From positions 10 through 64,009 of the forward strand of contig JAETTP010000004.1 in NCBI GenBank assembly GCA_021769035.1: a stretch of DNA of 64,000 nt, in the 5' to 3' direction. The translations under genes were made by a program, and so were the position numbers. Shown one piece after another: positions 19,396 through 29,581 of the stretch. Source of the DNA: Bacillota bacterium (lineage in GTDB: Bacteria > Bacillota > Dehalobacteriia > UBA4068 > UBA4997). The first letter of the stretch is position 1. Each line of letters starts with the position of its first letter. Under the pieces are notes generated by a model. It searched no databases. It saw only the letters and a list, made by a program, of their open reading frames with translations, and had not been told where the DNA came from.

Positions 19396-20649
19396 TTAAC
19401 TGCGGTAGTCCGCATTAATATTTACGTACTCATGTGATAAATCACAGCCCCAGGAAGTAGCCTGATATTCGCCGCTTCCCAAATCCAAATTGATGAAGAT
19501 TTCCCGCTCCTGCAAAATCCGCTTGGCCGTTTCCTCATCAAAAACCAAACCGCTGCCCTCGCGCATCAGCTCAATTTCCCCGGCCGCGCTCCGCAGGCTC
19601 AGGTTCACCTTGGCCGCGTCAAACTGCGCCCCGGAGTAGCCCGCCGCGCAGGCAATCCGGCCCCAGTTAGCGTCCTCGCCGTAAAAGGCCGCTTTCACCA
19701 GGCTGGAGCCCACCACCGCCTTGGCCGCCAGCCGCGCGTCCTGCAAGCTGGGCGCGCCGCAAACCTGGCATTCCAGCAGCTTGGTTGCGCCCTCGCCGTC
19801 GTAGGCCATCAAGCGGGCCAGCCGCGCCGCCACCAGCGTCAGCGCCTGCACAAATTCCGCATAGCCGGCGCCGCCTAATTGTACAGTTTCATTGCCGGCC
19901 TGTCCATTGGCCAGCACCAGCATGCTGTCGTTGGTGCTGGTGTCGCCGTCCACCGTCACCATATTAAAGCTGGCGTCGGCGGCCTCTTTCACGGCCTGCT
20001 GCAAGGCGGCCGCCTCAATCTGCAAATCTGTGGTGATAAAACACAACATCGTCGCCATATTGGGGTGAATCATACCGCTGCCTTTAGCCATACCGCCCAC
20101 CGTCACGGTTTTACCCTGATATTGATAGCTAACCGCCGTTTCCTTACAATATAAATCGGTGGTCATAATCGCCTCGGCCGCCGTGTGACCGCCCTGGGCC
20201 GAAAGCTGCGCCGCGCAGGCCGCAATGCCGCCGCGCAGCAGGGGCATTGGCAGCTGCACGCCGATAACCCCGGTGCTGCAAACCAAAACCTGCTCCGGCG
20301 GGGCCTGCAAAGCCCGTCCACAAACCGCCGCCATTTCCGCCGCATTAGCCGCGCCCTCCGCGCCGGTGCAGGCGTTGGCGTTGCCGCTGTTCACCACCAC
20401 CGCCTGGGCCCGGCCGCCGGCCACCACCTGCCGGCACCAATTCACCGGGGCGGCGGCAAATTTGTTCTGGGTGAAAACGCCGCCCACCACCGCCGGGGCC
20501 AGCGAGTGGATAATCGCCAAATCCTTTTTGTCCGGGCACTTTTTGAGCCCGGCGTGCAGGCCGCCGGCCTCAAAACCGGCCGCCGCCGTCACACCGCCCG
20601 CCGCCTCCTGTATCTCAACGTTTAATGCTTGCTTCTGTTGCTCTGTCAT
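19396..20649 (-). CDS. argJ: Bifunctional glutamate N-acetyltransferase / amino-acid acetyltransferase
   Basis: ArgJ family, with the autocatalytic ATML-like site (TMLCFITTD). Confidence 0.9.
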   Translation of the reverse strand: MTEQQKQALNVEIQEAAGGVTAAAGFEAGGLHAGLKKCPDKKDLAIIHSLAPAVVGGVFTQNKFAAAPVNWCRQVVAGGRAQAVVVNSGNANACTGAEGAANAAEMAAVCGRALQAPPEQVLVCSTGVIGVQLPMPLLRGGIAACAAQLSAQGGHTAAEAIMTTDLYCKETAVSYQYQGKTVTVGGMAKGSGMIHPNMATMLCFITTDLQIEAAALQQAVKEAADASFNMVTVDGDTSTNDSMLVLANGQAGNETVQLGGAGYAEFVQALTLVAARLARLMAYDGEGATKLLECQVCGAPSLQDARLAAKAVVGSSLVKAAFYGEDANWGRIACAAGYSGAQFDAAKVNLSLRSAAGEIELMREGSGLVFDEETAKRILQEREIFINLDLGSGEYQATSWGCDLSHEYVNINADYRS

Positions 20650-20736
20650 TTCTCTTAAAATTCACTCCTGTTTTATAGATATTGTATATTTATACATTTT
20701 TGTTATTTTGATTTCGGCATTTTAAGCTCCGCGCCC

Positions 20737-21798
20737 TCACGGCATCATCGGCACCTGTTGCAGGCCTGTTTGCTCCGGCAGGCCAAAGATGATATTCATA
20801 TTCTGCACCGCCTGGCCGGCCGCGCCTTTCACAATGTTATCAATGGCCGCGCAAACCACCAGCAGGCCGGTGCGCTCGTCCAGCTTTAAGTTAATATCGC
20901 AGAAGTTGCTGCCGGCAACCCACTTGGTATGCGGCCAAACCTCCGGCGGCAGCAGACGCACAAAGTACTCGTCCGCGTAAAACTCCTGCCAAAGGGCGCG
21001 CAGCTTGTCCTCAGGCAGCGGCTGGCGCAGGCGCACGTAAATAGTGGAGAGAATGCCGCGGCTCATCGGCGTCAGGTGTGGGGTGAAAAGCACGCTGGCC
21101 GCTTCCCCGGCCAAGCGGCTGAGGCCCTGCTCAATCTCCGGCGTGTGGCGGTGCCCCGCCACCCCGTATGGGTTAATGCTGTCGTTCGCCTCGCAGAAAA
21201 GCAAGTGCTTTTCGGCCTTGCGGCCCGCCCCGGTGATGCCGGACTTGCAATCGGCAATCACCGGCTGGCTTAAATCCGCCAGGCCCGCCGCCAGCAACGG
21301 AGCCAAGGCCAGCTGCACACTGGTCGGATAACAGCCGGGGTTGCCAATCAACGAGCAGCCGCGGATTTCCTCCCGCCAAAGCTCCGGCAGCCCATAGCAG
21401 GCCTGCGGCAGCAGCTGCGGCCGAGCGTGGGGCGCTTTGTACCATTGTTCATAAACAGCCGCGTCCTTAAAGCGAAAATCCGCCCCCAAATCAATCACTT
21501 TAACGCCGCGCTGCAACAATTCCGCTGCTGTTTCGGCAGAAACGCCGGCCGGCAACGCCAAAAAGGCCACGTCTGCCTGGGCAGCCTTGGCAATATCAAA
21601 TTCCTCTATTGTGGCGGTTTCCGCCGGCAGAAAACCGGCAAACCAGGGAGAAACCTCCGCCAGCGGGCGGCCGGCATTGCCGTGCCCCACCAGAGCGCAA
21701 ATTTCCGCCTGTGGGTGCTGCAACAGCAGGCGAATCAACTCGCCGCCGGCATAGCCTGCCGCGCCTACCACCACAGCTTTAATTGAAGCCGTACTCAT
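20737..21798 (-). CDS. argC: N-acetyl-gamma-glutamyl-phosphate reductase
   Basis: N-terminal Rossmann fold (VVGAAGYAGGEL) and a catalytic Cys region. Confidence 0.9.
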   Translation of the reverse strand: MSTASIKAVVVGAAGYAGGELIRLLLQHPQAEICALVGHGNAGRPLAEVSPWFAGFLPAETATIEEFDIAKAAQADVAFLALPAGVSAETAAELLQRGVKVIDLGADFRFKDAAVYEQWYKAPHARPQLLPQACYGLPELWREEIRGCSLIGNPGCYPTSVQLALAPLLAAGLADLSQPVIADCKSGITGAGRKAEKHLLFCEANDSINPYGVAGHRHTPEIEQGLSRLAGEAASVLFTPHLTPMSRGILSTIYVRLRQPLPEDKLRALWQEFYADEYFVRLLPPEVWPHTKWVAGSNFCDINLKLDERTGLLVVCAAIDNIVKGAAGQAVQNMNIIFGLPEQTGLQQVPMMP

Positions 21799-21912
21799 TT
21801 CCCTAAGCCTCCCAAATGATATAGTAATAGATGATATTGACTATTATATACCCCGGCGGCCGGAAATGCAAGCTTTTTTTTGATATAATATGCAAAAACC
21901 GCGCATAATCTA

Positions 21913-22872
21913 TCAGGATAAATATACGCGGTGCAGAATACTGCCTGCTGCGTCGGCGCAGCACATAATTTTCTCCTTTTGCTCCGGGCTGAGTTCGCCA
22001 GGCGGCACTATCAAATGATAGGGTAAATCCGGGCCAAAGTTTTGGGCCAGATAAGCGGCTATGCGGGCCACGTCCTCCGGCTCGTCATTCTGGCCGGGCA
22101 AAAGCGGCGTAGCCACCTCCAAATGCACGGGCGAGTTCGCCAGCAGCTTCAGGGAAAGCAGCACCTCCGCAAAGGAAATTTGCATTTTGTTGCGGTAAAA
22201 GGCGGAATCAAAGGCAAACAAATCAAAACGCACCGCGTCCAGATAAGGCAAAAGCTCCTGCATAGGGCGCGGGTTGACAAAGCCAGCCGTGGCCAGCACG
22301 TTGCGCATATCGCACTGCTTGAGCAGCATGGCGGACTGCATTACAAACTCGTACCACAGCATTGGCTCGGCAAAAAGGTAGGCCGCGCCAATGCAGCCTT
22401 GCTTCACCAGGCTGCGGCAGATGTTGGCTAAATCCAGCGGGGTGAAGCTGCGGCCGCTACCCACCTCCGCCCCAAAATGCTCCCGCTCCGCCTGCGGCCG
22501 GAAGTTGCAGCCAAAGGAACCAACCTTCAGCACCACGCCGCCGTTGGCGTATTCCACCAGCGGCACGCTTTCAATCCGGCCAAACTGCAAAATGCTCAGC
22601 CAGTTGTAATTGGCGGCCCACAAACGGCCCCGGCGGTTGTAACGGGTCTGGCACCAGCCGCGCTGACCAGGAGCCAGCTCGCAAAAGCGAGGGCAGAGGT
22701 CGCAAATCAGATGGCCGGAGGGCAAACGGTGCGCAAAGGCGGCCTCGCCCTTGGTAACCTGCGGCCGCGCCGCCCGGCGTCTTACCGCTTCCGATATTGC
22801 TGCTCCTGATACTTTTGCTTCCGATGTTGCCGTTTTTGCCGCTGCCAATTTTATCGCCGCCGAATTTTGCAT
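21913..22872 (-). CDS. AmmeMemoRadiSam-type radical SAM homolog with a degenerate cluster motif (possible pseudoenzyme); N-terminus likely over-extended
   Basis: The N-terminal C-x-L-C-P-x-x-C...G.RG.C..R.N motif is characteristic of this radical SAM subfamily. The expected GCN-x-RC-xx-C motif reads GCNFRPQAE, so two of the three cluster cysteines are absent; this was checked codon by codon on the DNA. Confidence 0.55.
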   Translation of the reverse strand: MQNSAAIKLAAAKTATSEAKVSGAAISEAVRRRAARPQVTKGEAAFAHRLPSGHLICDLCPRFCELAPGQRGWCQTRYNRRGRLWAANYNWLSILQFGRIESVPLVEYANGGVVLKVGSFGCNFRPQAEREHFGAEVGSGRSFTPLDLANICRSLVKQGCIGAAYLFAEPMLWYEFVMQSAMLLKQCDMRNVLATAGFVNPRPMQELLPYLDAVRFDLFAFDSAFYRNKMQISFAEVLLSLKLLANSPVHLEVATPLLPGQNDEPEDVARIAAYLAQNFGPDLPYHLIVPPGELSPEQKEKIMCCADAAGSILHRVYLS

Positions 22873-22974
22873 TTTTCAATCCCCTACAAATTTTATATTG
22901 TGCTTATATTCGGCAAAAAAGCGGCAAACCCTCTTTTATCCGGCAGGCAAATGCTGCCGATATACCGACAGACC

Positions 22975-23862
22975 TCAGGGCTCGCTGCTCACCGCCACCG
23001 GCTGCTCGCTGTAATAGCTGACAATACCCAGAAAGATGGCGTAGGCCGTCAGCTGCTGATAACGGCTGTCCGCCAGCAGGGCCTCCTCCTCCGGGTTGGA
23101 GAGGAAGCCGCATTCCACCACGATTGAGGGAATGGCCAGTTTGTTCACCACGTAAATGTTCTCGATAGATTTGGCCTGCCGGGTGGTGTTTTGCAGCACC
23201 TGGCCCAGGCTTTGCTGAATACTTTCGGAAAGCCCCTGCCCCTCCGTGCTACCGGCGGCGTAAAACACCTGCGCCCCACGATACTGCTGCTGGGGAATAC
23301 TGTTGGCCTGAATAGTGATGAAAAGTTCCGCCTGGCATTGCTCCGCAATTTCCACCCGGCGATATATATCCGCCCGCTTGCTTTCCGCCAGCGCCTCGTC
23401 CGCCGTACGCGTTTCCACCACCGTGGCCCCAACCTGACGCAGCAAGGCTGCCACCCGCTGGCTGATTGCCAAATTAACGTCCTTTTCCAAAACCCCGCCG
23501 GCCCCGATAGCCCCAGGGTCGAAGCCGCCGTGCCCGGCGTCAATCACAATGGTTTTGCCCAGCAGGGCCAGGGCCAAAGCCGGTTGCGGCGCCTCCGCCT
23601 GCGGGCGCGGTCCCAAAACCAAAACCGCCAGCAGCAAAAGCCCGCCGGCCACCGCCCAACCGCGCCGCCTTTTTTTCCTCCTCCGCCAACCAAAAATCAT
23701 CATAGCCTCACCTGCCCGCAAGCGTATTTGCCTAAATTTATGAGCAAGGCCGCCAAAAAATGAATTGACTTTGCGCCAAAAAGAGAATATAATAAGGAAT
23801 ATTTTATTTTTTTTGCCGCAAAGGAGGCGCAGATTGACCCAATGGAGTTGACCCTGCTGCAC
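22975..23862 (-). CDS. N-acetylmuramoyl-L-alanine amidase (Amidase_3, CwlD-like) with an N-terminal membrane anchor
   Basis: IVIDAGHGGFDPGAIG zinc-amidase motif plus a TM helix. Confidence 0.8.
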   Translation of the reverse strand: MQQGQLHWVNLRLLCGKKNKIFLIIFSFWRKVNSFFGGLAHKFRQIRLRAGEAMMIFGWRRRKKRRRGWAVAGGLLLLAVLVLGPRPQAEAPQPALALALLGKTIVIDAGHGGFDPGAIGAGGVLEKDVNLAISQRVAALLRQVGATVVETRTADEALAESKRADIYRRVEIAEQCQAELFITIQANSIPQQQYRGAQVFYAAGSTEGQGLSESIQQSLGQVLQNTTRQAKSIENIYVVNKLAIPSIVVECGFLSNPEEEALLADSRYQQLTAYAIFLGIVSYYSEQPVAVSSEP

Positions 23863-24618
23863 TTTTTAATCGTCTGCCCGCTGGTTTTTCTGGCCGGCTT
23901 TGTGGACGCGGTGGCCGGCGGCGGCGGCCTGATTTCTCTGCCCGCCTATATGCTGTGCGGACTGCCCTCGCACCTGGCAATCGGCACCAACAAAATTAGC
24001 AGCTCAATGGGCACGGCCCTGGCCACCTGGCGCTACGCCCAAAGCGGCTTCATTGAATGGCGGCTGGCGCCGCTTTGCGTGGCCTGCGCCTTTTGCGGCT
24101 CCGCCGGCGGCGCCAGGCTGGCCCTGCTGATTGACGAAAGCCTGCTTAGGGCCTTGCTGCTGGTTGTTCTGCCCCTCACCGGTCTTTATGTTCTGCGCAG
24201 CCAAAGCCTCAGCCAAAAGCAGCCGGCCCAGCCCGCAAATCAGCCGGCGGATTATGGCCGCACCCTCCGGCTGGCCGCCCTGGCCGCCCTCGCTATCGGC
24301 CTATACGACGGCTTTTACGGCCCTGGCACCGGCACCTTTTTAATCCTGCTTTTGTCCGGCCTGGCTCAAATGCCCCTGCGCCAGGCCAACGGGCTGACCA
24401 AAGTTATCAACCTGACCACCAATCTAGCCGCGGTGTCCGTCTTTTTATGGCACGGCCAGGCCTTGCTGCCGTTGGGACTCACTGCCGGCTGCTTCAACAT
24501 GGCCGGCAGTTATCTGGGCACGCGCAGCTTCACCCGGCAGGGAGCCGGCATTGCCAAACCAATCATCCTGACCGTGCTGCTTATCTTCTTCATTAAAACA
24601 GTTTGGGAGTTAATATAA
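23842..24618 (+). CDS. TauE/SafE (DUF81) family anion exporter
   Basis: Two-repeat membrane protein with GFVDAVAGGGGLISLP and matching second-half motifs. Confidence 0.8.
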   Translation: MELTLLHFLIVCPLVFLAGFVDAVAGGGGLISLPAYMLCGLPSHLAIGTNKISSSMGTALATWRYAQSGFIEWRLAPLCVACAFCGSAGGARLALLIDESLLRALLLVVLPLTGLYVLRSQSLSQKQPAQPANQPADYGRTLRLAALAALAIGLYDGFYGPGTGTFLILLLSGLAQMPLRQANGLTKVINLTTNLAAVSVFLWHGQALLPLGLTAGCFNMAGSYLGTRSFTRQGAGIAKPIILTVLLIFFIKTVWELI

Positions 24619-24662
24619 ACAACGGCCCTGGGCGCTCAACCCAGGGCCTTGCTTTTTTAATA

Positions 24663-25430
24663 TTAAACATAACGCCTTAAATGCAGCAGGGCGTTTTTTT
24701 CCAAACGGCTCACCTGAGCCTGACTAATACCGATTTCGTCGGCCACCTCCATTTGGGTTTTGCCCACAAAAAAGCGCAGGTTGATAATTTTCTGCTCCCG
24801 CTCGTTCAGGCAGGCCAGAGCGTTGGAGATGCACAGCTCCTCCGCCCAACGCTGCTCGCTCTCCCGCTCGTCTTTCACCTGGTCCACCACGTAGATAGGG
24901 TCGCCGCCGTCGTTGTAAATCGGCTCAAACAGAGAAACCGGCTCGGCAATCGCGTCCAGCGCAAAAACCACCTGCGAAGCCGGCAATGACAAACGCTCGG
25001 CAATCTCCTGCATTTTCGGCTCCACCCCCTTTTGGGCCGCCAACTCGTCCCGCGCCGACAACGCCTTGTAGGCCACGTCCCGCACAGAACGGCTGACCCG
25101 AATAGCGTTATTATCCCGCAGATAACGCCGGATTTCCCCAATAATCATCGGCACGGCGTAGGTTGAAAAGCGCACGTTCATGCTCAAATCAAAGTTGTCA
25201 ATCGCTTTCAGCAAGCCAATGCAGCCCACCTGAAAAAGGTCGTCCGGGTTTTCGCCCCGGTTGCCAAAACGCTGCACGATAGACAGCACCAGGCGCAGAT
25301 TGCCCTGCACCAGCTGGTCCCGCGCCGGCTTATCCCCGGCCTGCGCCTGCACAAACAGCGCCCGCATTTCCTCATTGTTCAGCAACGGCAGCTTGGCCGT
25401 GTTCACCCCGCATATTTCCACTTTCCGCAA
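24663..25430 (-). CDS. sigG: Sporulation sigma factor SigG
   Basis: Near-colinear with Bacillus SigG (KVEICGV...LPLLNNEEMR...GNLRLVLS...FDLSMNVRFSTYAVPMIIGEIRRYLRDNN). Confidence 0.9.
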   Translation of the reverse strand: MRKVEICGVNTAKLPLLNNEEMRALFVQAQAGDKPARDQLVQGNLRLVLSIVQRFGNRGENPDDLFQVGCIGLLKAIDNFDLSMNVRFSTYAVPMIIGEIRRYLRDNNAIRVSRSVRDVAYKALSARDELAAQKGVEPKMQEIAERLSLPASQVVFALDAIAEPVSLFEPIYNDGGDPIYVVDQVKDERESEQRWAEELCISNALACLNEREQKIINLRFFVGKTQMEVADEIGISQAQVSRLEKNALLHLRRYV

Positions 25431-25575
25431 AAAAATCGCCTCCCAGCAAATCGTCAGCCGGAATCAACGCCTCGGCTTATAAAAATTATGGCCGGGGCTC
25501 AAGGCAAATATACGCCAAAGCGGCAAGCGGCGGGCAGCCAAATTCAGCCAATTTCCCACCCTCTGCGACAGGGCC

Positions 25576-26394
25576 TTATTCCATCTTGCTGATTTCCTTG
25601 CGCAGCCGGCTGAAAATACGCTTTTCCAGCCGCGATATGTAGGATTGCGAGATGCCCAGCAAATCCGCCACTTCCTTTTGGGTTTGGGCCTCGCCGCCAG
25701 ACAGGCCAAAACGCAGCTCCATAATCTTCTTTTCCCGCGGGGAAAGCTTATCAATCGCCATACGCAGCAGCTTCTTATCCACCTCCTCTTCCAGCTCCCG
25801 GCAGACGATGTCGCCGTCAGTGCCCAGCACGTCGGAAAGCAGCAGCTCGTTGCCGTCCCAGTCGATATTCAGCGGCTCGTCAAAGGAAACCTCACTTTTC
25901 AGTTTGCTGTTGCGGCGCAGGCACATCAAAATTTCATTTTCAATACAACGCGAGGCATAAGTGGCTAGTTTGATTCGCTTTTCCGGCTCAAAAGTGTTCA
26001 CCGCCTTAATCAGCCCAATAGTGCCGATGGAAGCCAAATCCTCAATGCCAATGCCGGTGTTTTCAAACTTGCGGGCGATATACACCACCAGCCGCAGATT
26101 GTGCTCAATCAGGGTGCTGCGCACACTGAGGTCGCCGGCGGAAAGCTTGCTCATCAGCTCCGCCTCCTCCTCGGCGGAAAGCGGCGCGGGCAGGGTTTCG
26201 CTGCTGCCCACGTAAAATATGCCCTCGCCGTCGTCCAGGGCTGGGTTGTCCAGGCCCAGCAGGCGGTTCCAGTAAACCCCTAAAAGCTGTTTCAGCGCGC
26301 CCAGCCCGCCCTTGCAATCAAAAAGCTGCCGCCTAATTCCGCCCAAATTAACGCCTTGCTCAATGCTTTCTTGCTTTAAGCCCCAGTTTTTCAT
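25576..26394 (-). CDS. sigE: Sporulation sigma factor SigE (pro-sigma-E)
   Basis: [13 protein letters not shown] pro-sequence junction and sigma-70 regions 2 to 4. The position immediately downstream of spoIIGA supports the call. Confidence 0.85.
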   Translation of the reverse strand: MKNWGLKQESIEQGVNLGGIRRQLFDCKGGLGALKQLLGVYWNRLLGLDNPALDDGEGIFYVGSSETLPAPLSAEEEAELMSKLSAGDLSVRSTLIEHNLRLVVYIARKFENTGIGIEDLASIGTIGLIKAVNTFEPEKRIKLATYASRCIENEILMCLRRNSKLKSEVSFDEPLNIDWDGNELLLSDVLGTDGDIVCRELEEEVDKKLLRMAIDKLSPREKKIMELRFGLSGGEAQTQKEVADLLGISQSYISRLEKRIFSRLRKEISKME

Positions 26395-27467
26395 GCCAAA
26401 TTCCTTTCCTTATATAAATCCAACTGCAATTCCAATTCCACCAGCGCGCCGCCGGCCTGTTTGGCCGAAACCGGCAGCAGCTGCAAATCCGCCGCCTGCG
26501 CCTTGGTATAAGGCTGAGGGCCGGCCGCCGTTTTCCCTGCCGCCGCGCCTGCTGCTTCCGCCGGCTCAAAATCCAGCAACGCCTCCGGGTGCACAATAGC
26601 CCGGCAGCCTTTCAGGCCGCGCAGGGGCAGCGGGCAAATGCCCAGCACAATCTCCTGCCGGCTTTGCACCTGCCGGCCGTCGGCCAGCTGAAAGGTCAGC
26701 TCGTCCGGCACAAAACCCAGCAGCAGTCCCTGCTTTTCCCCCACGGAGTGAAACGGCAACAGCAACAGGCGGCGGCTCCAGCCAAAGCTTTGGCAGGCCA
26801 GCCACACCTGATAGGGCCGGGCGTTTTCCCCCTCCGTGCGATAAAGCCTGTGCAGACCGTGCCAAAGCGCCGGCGGCAGCACCTGGCGCAGGGCCGCCAG
26901 CTCCACCAGCAGCACCGGCCTTTGGCCCAGCGGTTCCCGCAGATTGTTGCCGGTGTCCAGGAAGCAGGGCAGGCTGACTTTTTGCTCGCCAAAGCTGATT
27001 TGCACCTTGCTCATCAGGCCAAAACGGCGCAACATACGGCGGAAGCCGGCCACGCCCACGCCGCCCGCGACCGCCGCCAGCAGCAGGGCCGGCAGCAACC
27101 AAAGCGCGCTGGCCTGCCGCCCCAGACCCCAGCCTAGTAAGGCTTGCAATGCCAGCACCAAACCGCCCATGCAAAAGCTCAGCAGATAAAAGCAGGCCAA
27201 AAGCCAGCCGAAACGCCGCCAGGGCAGCCGCCCAAAGGCCGCCAGCAACAGCAGCACAGAAGCTACCACCGGCAGCGGCATAACATAAAGCGGAGCCAAA
27301 GCCGGAAACAGCAGCCCCACGCCGTAAAAGGCCCCCAAAGCCGCCGCCAACAGCAGACGCGGCCAACTGGTTAAAAAACTGCCAAAGCGGGCCGTGGCCC
27401 AAAGAATTGCTAAATCCAACAGAAAATTGACCAGCCAAAGCACATCGGCATAGACCGTATAAACCAC
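26391..27467 (-). CDS. spoIIGA: Sigma-E processing peptidase SpoIIGA
   Basis: N-terminal membrane domain and a C-terminal aspartic protease with [11 protein letters not shown] (DTG). Confidence 0.8.
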   Translation of the reverse strand: MVYTVYADVLWLVNFLLDLAILWATARFGSFLTSWPRLLLAAALGAFYGVGLLFPALAPLYVMPLPVVASVLLLLAAFGRLPWRRFGWLLACFYLLSFCMGGLVLALQALLGWGLGRQASALWLLPALLLAAVAGGVGVAGFRRMLRRFGLMSKVQISFGEQKVSLPCFLDTGNNLREPLGQRPVLLVELAALRQVLPPALWHGLHRLYRTEGENARPYQVWLACQSFGWSRRLLLLPFHSVGEKQGLLLGFVPDELTFQLADGRQVQSRQEIVLGICPLPLRGLKGCRAIVHPEALLDFEPAEAAGAAAGKTAAGPQPYTKAQAADLQLLPVSAKQAGGALVELELQLDLYKERNLA

Positions 27468-27627
27468 AAATGCCGCCCCTTTCCGATTAGGCCGGCGCGC
27501 CGCCCAGCTAAACAGCAGCGCCCCCTCCCTTTATGACCATTATAAGCCTTTGCCGGAGCAAAAGTTGTCATAATCGGGAGAGAGCGCCGCGCTTTCTTCC
27601 AACAAATTATTCTGTTTAAGTGAGCTA

Positions 27628-27900
27628 TCACTCAATATTTTGCAGCTTTTTACGGTTTTTTGGTTCATTTTGCGGGGCCTTGCCGGGAAAACGCCCGGAG
27701 AGCACCCCGCCCAGCCGGCCGCTTTCGGCTGCCGTCAGGCTGGCCCAGCCGCTGGCCTGCACCTTGTCCCAAAGGCCCAGTTCCTTGGCAATCTCCGCCT
27801 TGGCCGCCTCCCAACCGTCCGTCCGCCGTTTCATCTTGCTTTTGCGGGACCTTTCCTCCTGCCCCTCGCCGCTTTCCGTTTTCTGCGCCGCTTTGGCCAT
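27628..27900 (-). CDS. Small basic protein resembling an alpha/beta-type small acid-soluble spore protein (SASP)
   Basis: Roughly 90 aa and K/R-rich, with AKAEIAKELGL...LTAAESGRLGG echoing the SASP KxEIAxElGV...T...G.VGG pattern. Start taken at the internal MAKAAQ. Confidence 0.45.
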   Translation of the reverse strand: MAKAAQKTESGEGQEERSRKSKMKRRTDGWEAAKAEIAKELGLWDKVQASGWASLTAAESGRLGGVLSGRFPGKAPQNEPKNRKKLQNIE

Positions 27901-27942
27901 ACCATCACCCCTTGGGCTTAGCTTGTCCAAAACGGCGCTTAA

Positions 27943-28605
27943 TTATAACTGTTTACAGGGAATTTGCAGCCAGGCCGCTTCGTCCAGCAGCAACAGGCTG
28001 GGCGGCTGCCCCAAAAGCTCGCTCAGACGCTGGGGCAGGGCCTCGCACAGAGCCAGCGGGGCCGCAAACTGCACGTCCACCCGGTCGGTGAAGCTCACGT
28101 TTTTCTGCTCGCAGCCGCTGCTTTGCAAAAAGGCCTCCACCCGTTGCCAGCTGGCGTAATCCACCGCCAGGGCGTAAAGGCGGGCCGGCTCGCAATGCAC
28201 CAGGCCGGCCGCCTCCAGGGCCAGCTTGGCCGCCGCGCCGTAGGCCCGCACCAGGCCGCCGGTGCCCAGCAAAATGCCGCCAAAGTAACGTGTCACTACC
28301 ACGGCGGTGTTTTTCAGGCCTCGCCCTCGAATAACCTCCAAAATGGGCCGGCCGGCCGTGCCGGAGGGCTCGCCGTCGTCGCTGGAGCGTTGAAATTGGT
28401 CGTTATCGCCCGTCTGATAAGCATAGCAGTTATGCGTAGCGTCGCGATGCCGGGCTTTTATTTCCTGCACAAAGGCCAGGGCGGCCGCCTCGTCCACCAC
28501 CGGCGCGGCATAACCAATAAAACGCGATTTTTTCTCCACCATTTCAGCCGCAGCCGGGCCGGCCACGGTCAAAAACGCCTGCTGTTCATTCGCCATAGCG
28601 TCCAC
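27943..28605 (-). CDS. yigZ: YigZ/IMPACT family protein
   Basis: KKSRFIGY...HNCYAY...DDGEPSGTAG motifs. Confidence 0.8.
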   Translation of the reverse strand: MDAMANEQQAFLTVAGPAAAEMVEKKSRFIGYAAPVVDEAAALAFVQEIKARHRDATHNCYAYQTGDNDQFQRSSDDGEPSGTAGRPILEVIRGRGLKNTAVVVTRYFGGILLGTGGLVRAYGAAAKLALEAAGLVHCEPARLYALAVDYASWQRVEAFLQSSGCEQKNVSFTDRVDVQFAAPLALCEALPQRLSELLGQPPSLLLLDEAAWLQIPCKQL

Positions 28606-29214
28606 CTACAACAAATCCGGGAAGCCCTGCTGGCGCAAGGCCTCAAACAGCACCACGGCCACCGCGTTAGAGAGGTTCAAAGAGCGATACTCGCTGCGCA
28701 TCGGAATCCTGAGGCGTCGGCCGGGATAGGCCTGGTGCAGCTCCTCCGGCAGGCCGGCGGTTTCCTGGCCGAAAACCAAAAACGCGCCGCGGGGATAGCG
28801 GATTTCCGTGTAGGGCACGCTGCCTTTGGTGGTGGCCAAAAAAATCTCCGCCCCGGGATTGCGCGCCAAAAAATCCGCCCAATCGCGGTATGTATAAAGT
28901 TGTAGCTTCTGCCAGTAATCCAAACCGGCCCGGCGCACGGCGCGATTGCTGATGTCGAACCCCAGGGGCTCGATTAAATGCAGGGCCGCGCCCGTCACCA
29001 CGCAGGTGCGGGAGATGTTGCCGGTGTTGGCCGGGATTTCCGGCTGATAAAGCACCACGTTCAGCGGCGGCCGGCCCCAGGCTGCCAGATTGGGGTGCGG
29101 CCAATGGCGTATATCCGGCACGCTGCCCGCGCGGCCCGCGCCGGCTACGCCGGCCATATCAACCGCCCCGGCCGCTCCGGCCGTATATGCTGCTTGTTTA
29201 TTTTGCTCTGCCAA
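28606..29214 (-). CDS. trmL: tRNA (cytidine/uridine-2-prime-O)-methyltransferase, SpoU/TrmL family
   Basis: SPOUT motifs (YQPEIPANTGNISRTC...HLIEPLGF). The N-terminus is probably over-extended. Confidence 0.8.
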   Translation of the reverse strand: MAEQNKQAAYTAGAAGAVDMAGVAGAGRAGSVPDIRHWPHPNLAAWGRPPLNVVLYQPEIPANTGNISRTCVVTGAALHLIEPLGFDISNRAVRRAGLDYWQKLQLYTYRDWADFLARNPGAEIFLATTKGSVPYTEIRYPRGAFLVFGQETAGLPEELHQAYPGRRLRIPMRSEYRSLNLSNAVAVVLFEALRQQGFPDLL

Positions 29215-29246
29215 ATTAGATCACTTTCCTATTCCTGATTTTTTAT

Positions 29247-29531
29247 TCACAGTATTTCCTGCTTAAAATCCAACAATTCCAGCTCCGGGCTGAAATTCTC
29301 CACAAAATCCGTAATGCTGGCGAGCATGCTTTCCAAATGCCGCTGTTGATTGCTCAGCACGGCAACGCCCAAGGTGCTGCGCTGCCAAAGCTCCTGCTGC
29401 TCCGCCTCGCAGACGGCCGCCGGAAATTTGTTGTGCAGACGCGCCTGCAAGCTTTTCAGCACCGCCCGCTTCTCCTTTAGGGAATGGGCGTTGGGCAGAA
29501 AAAGCTGATATTCGCAAATGCCCACCAGCAT
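29247..29531 (-). CDS. DUF503 (YlxP-like) protein
   Basis: 94 aa with an ...LP.AHSLKEKRAV...AEQQELWQR..LGVA pattern. Confidence 0.6.
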   Translation of the reverse strand: MLVGICEYQLFLPNAHSLKEKRAVLKSLQARLHNKFPAAVCEAEQQELWQRSTLGVAVLSNQQRHLESMLASITDFVENFSPELELLDFKQEIL

Positions 29532-29581
29532 AAAATCATCTCCATTTAATACGATATTCGCCTAAGCCGACCAGCGGCAAA

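Noticed and set aside
26566-27438. 290 aa Ala/Gly-rich ORF in an alternative frame within spoIIGA
   Set aside because: It is the same strand as spoIIGA in a different frame, with a low-complexity translation. SpoIIGA has the DTG protease motif and the expected synteny.
27470-27627. Possible Spo0A box (TTGTCATAA) upstream of spoIIGA
   Set aside because: Only a single partial match to the 0A-box consensus, which is too weak to call from sequence alone.
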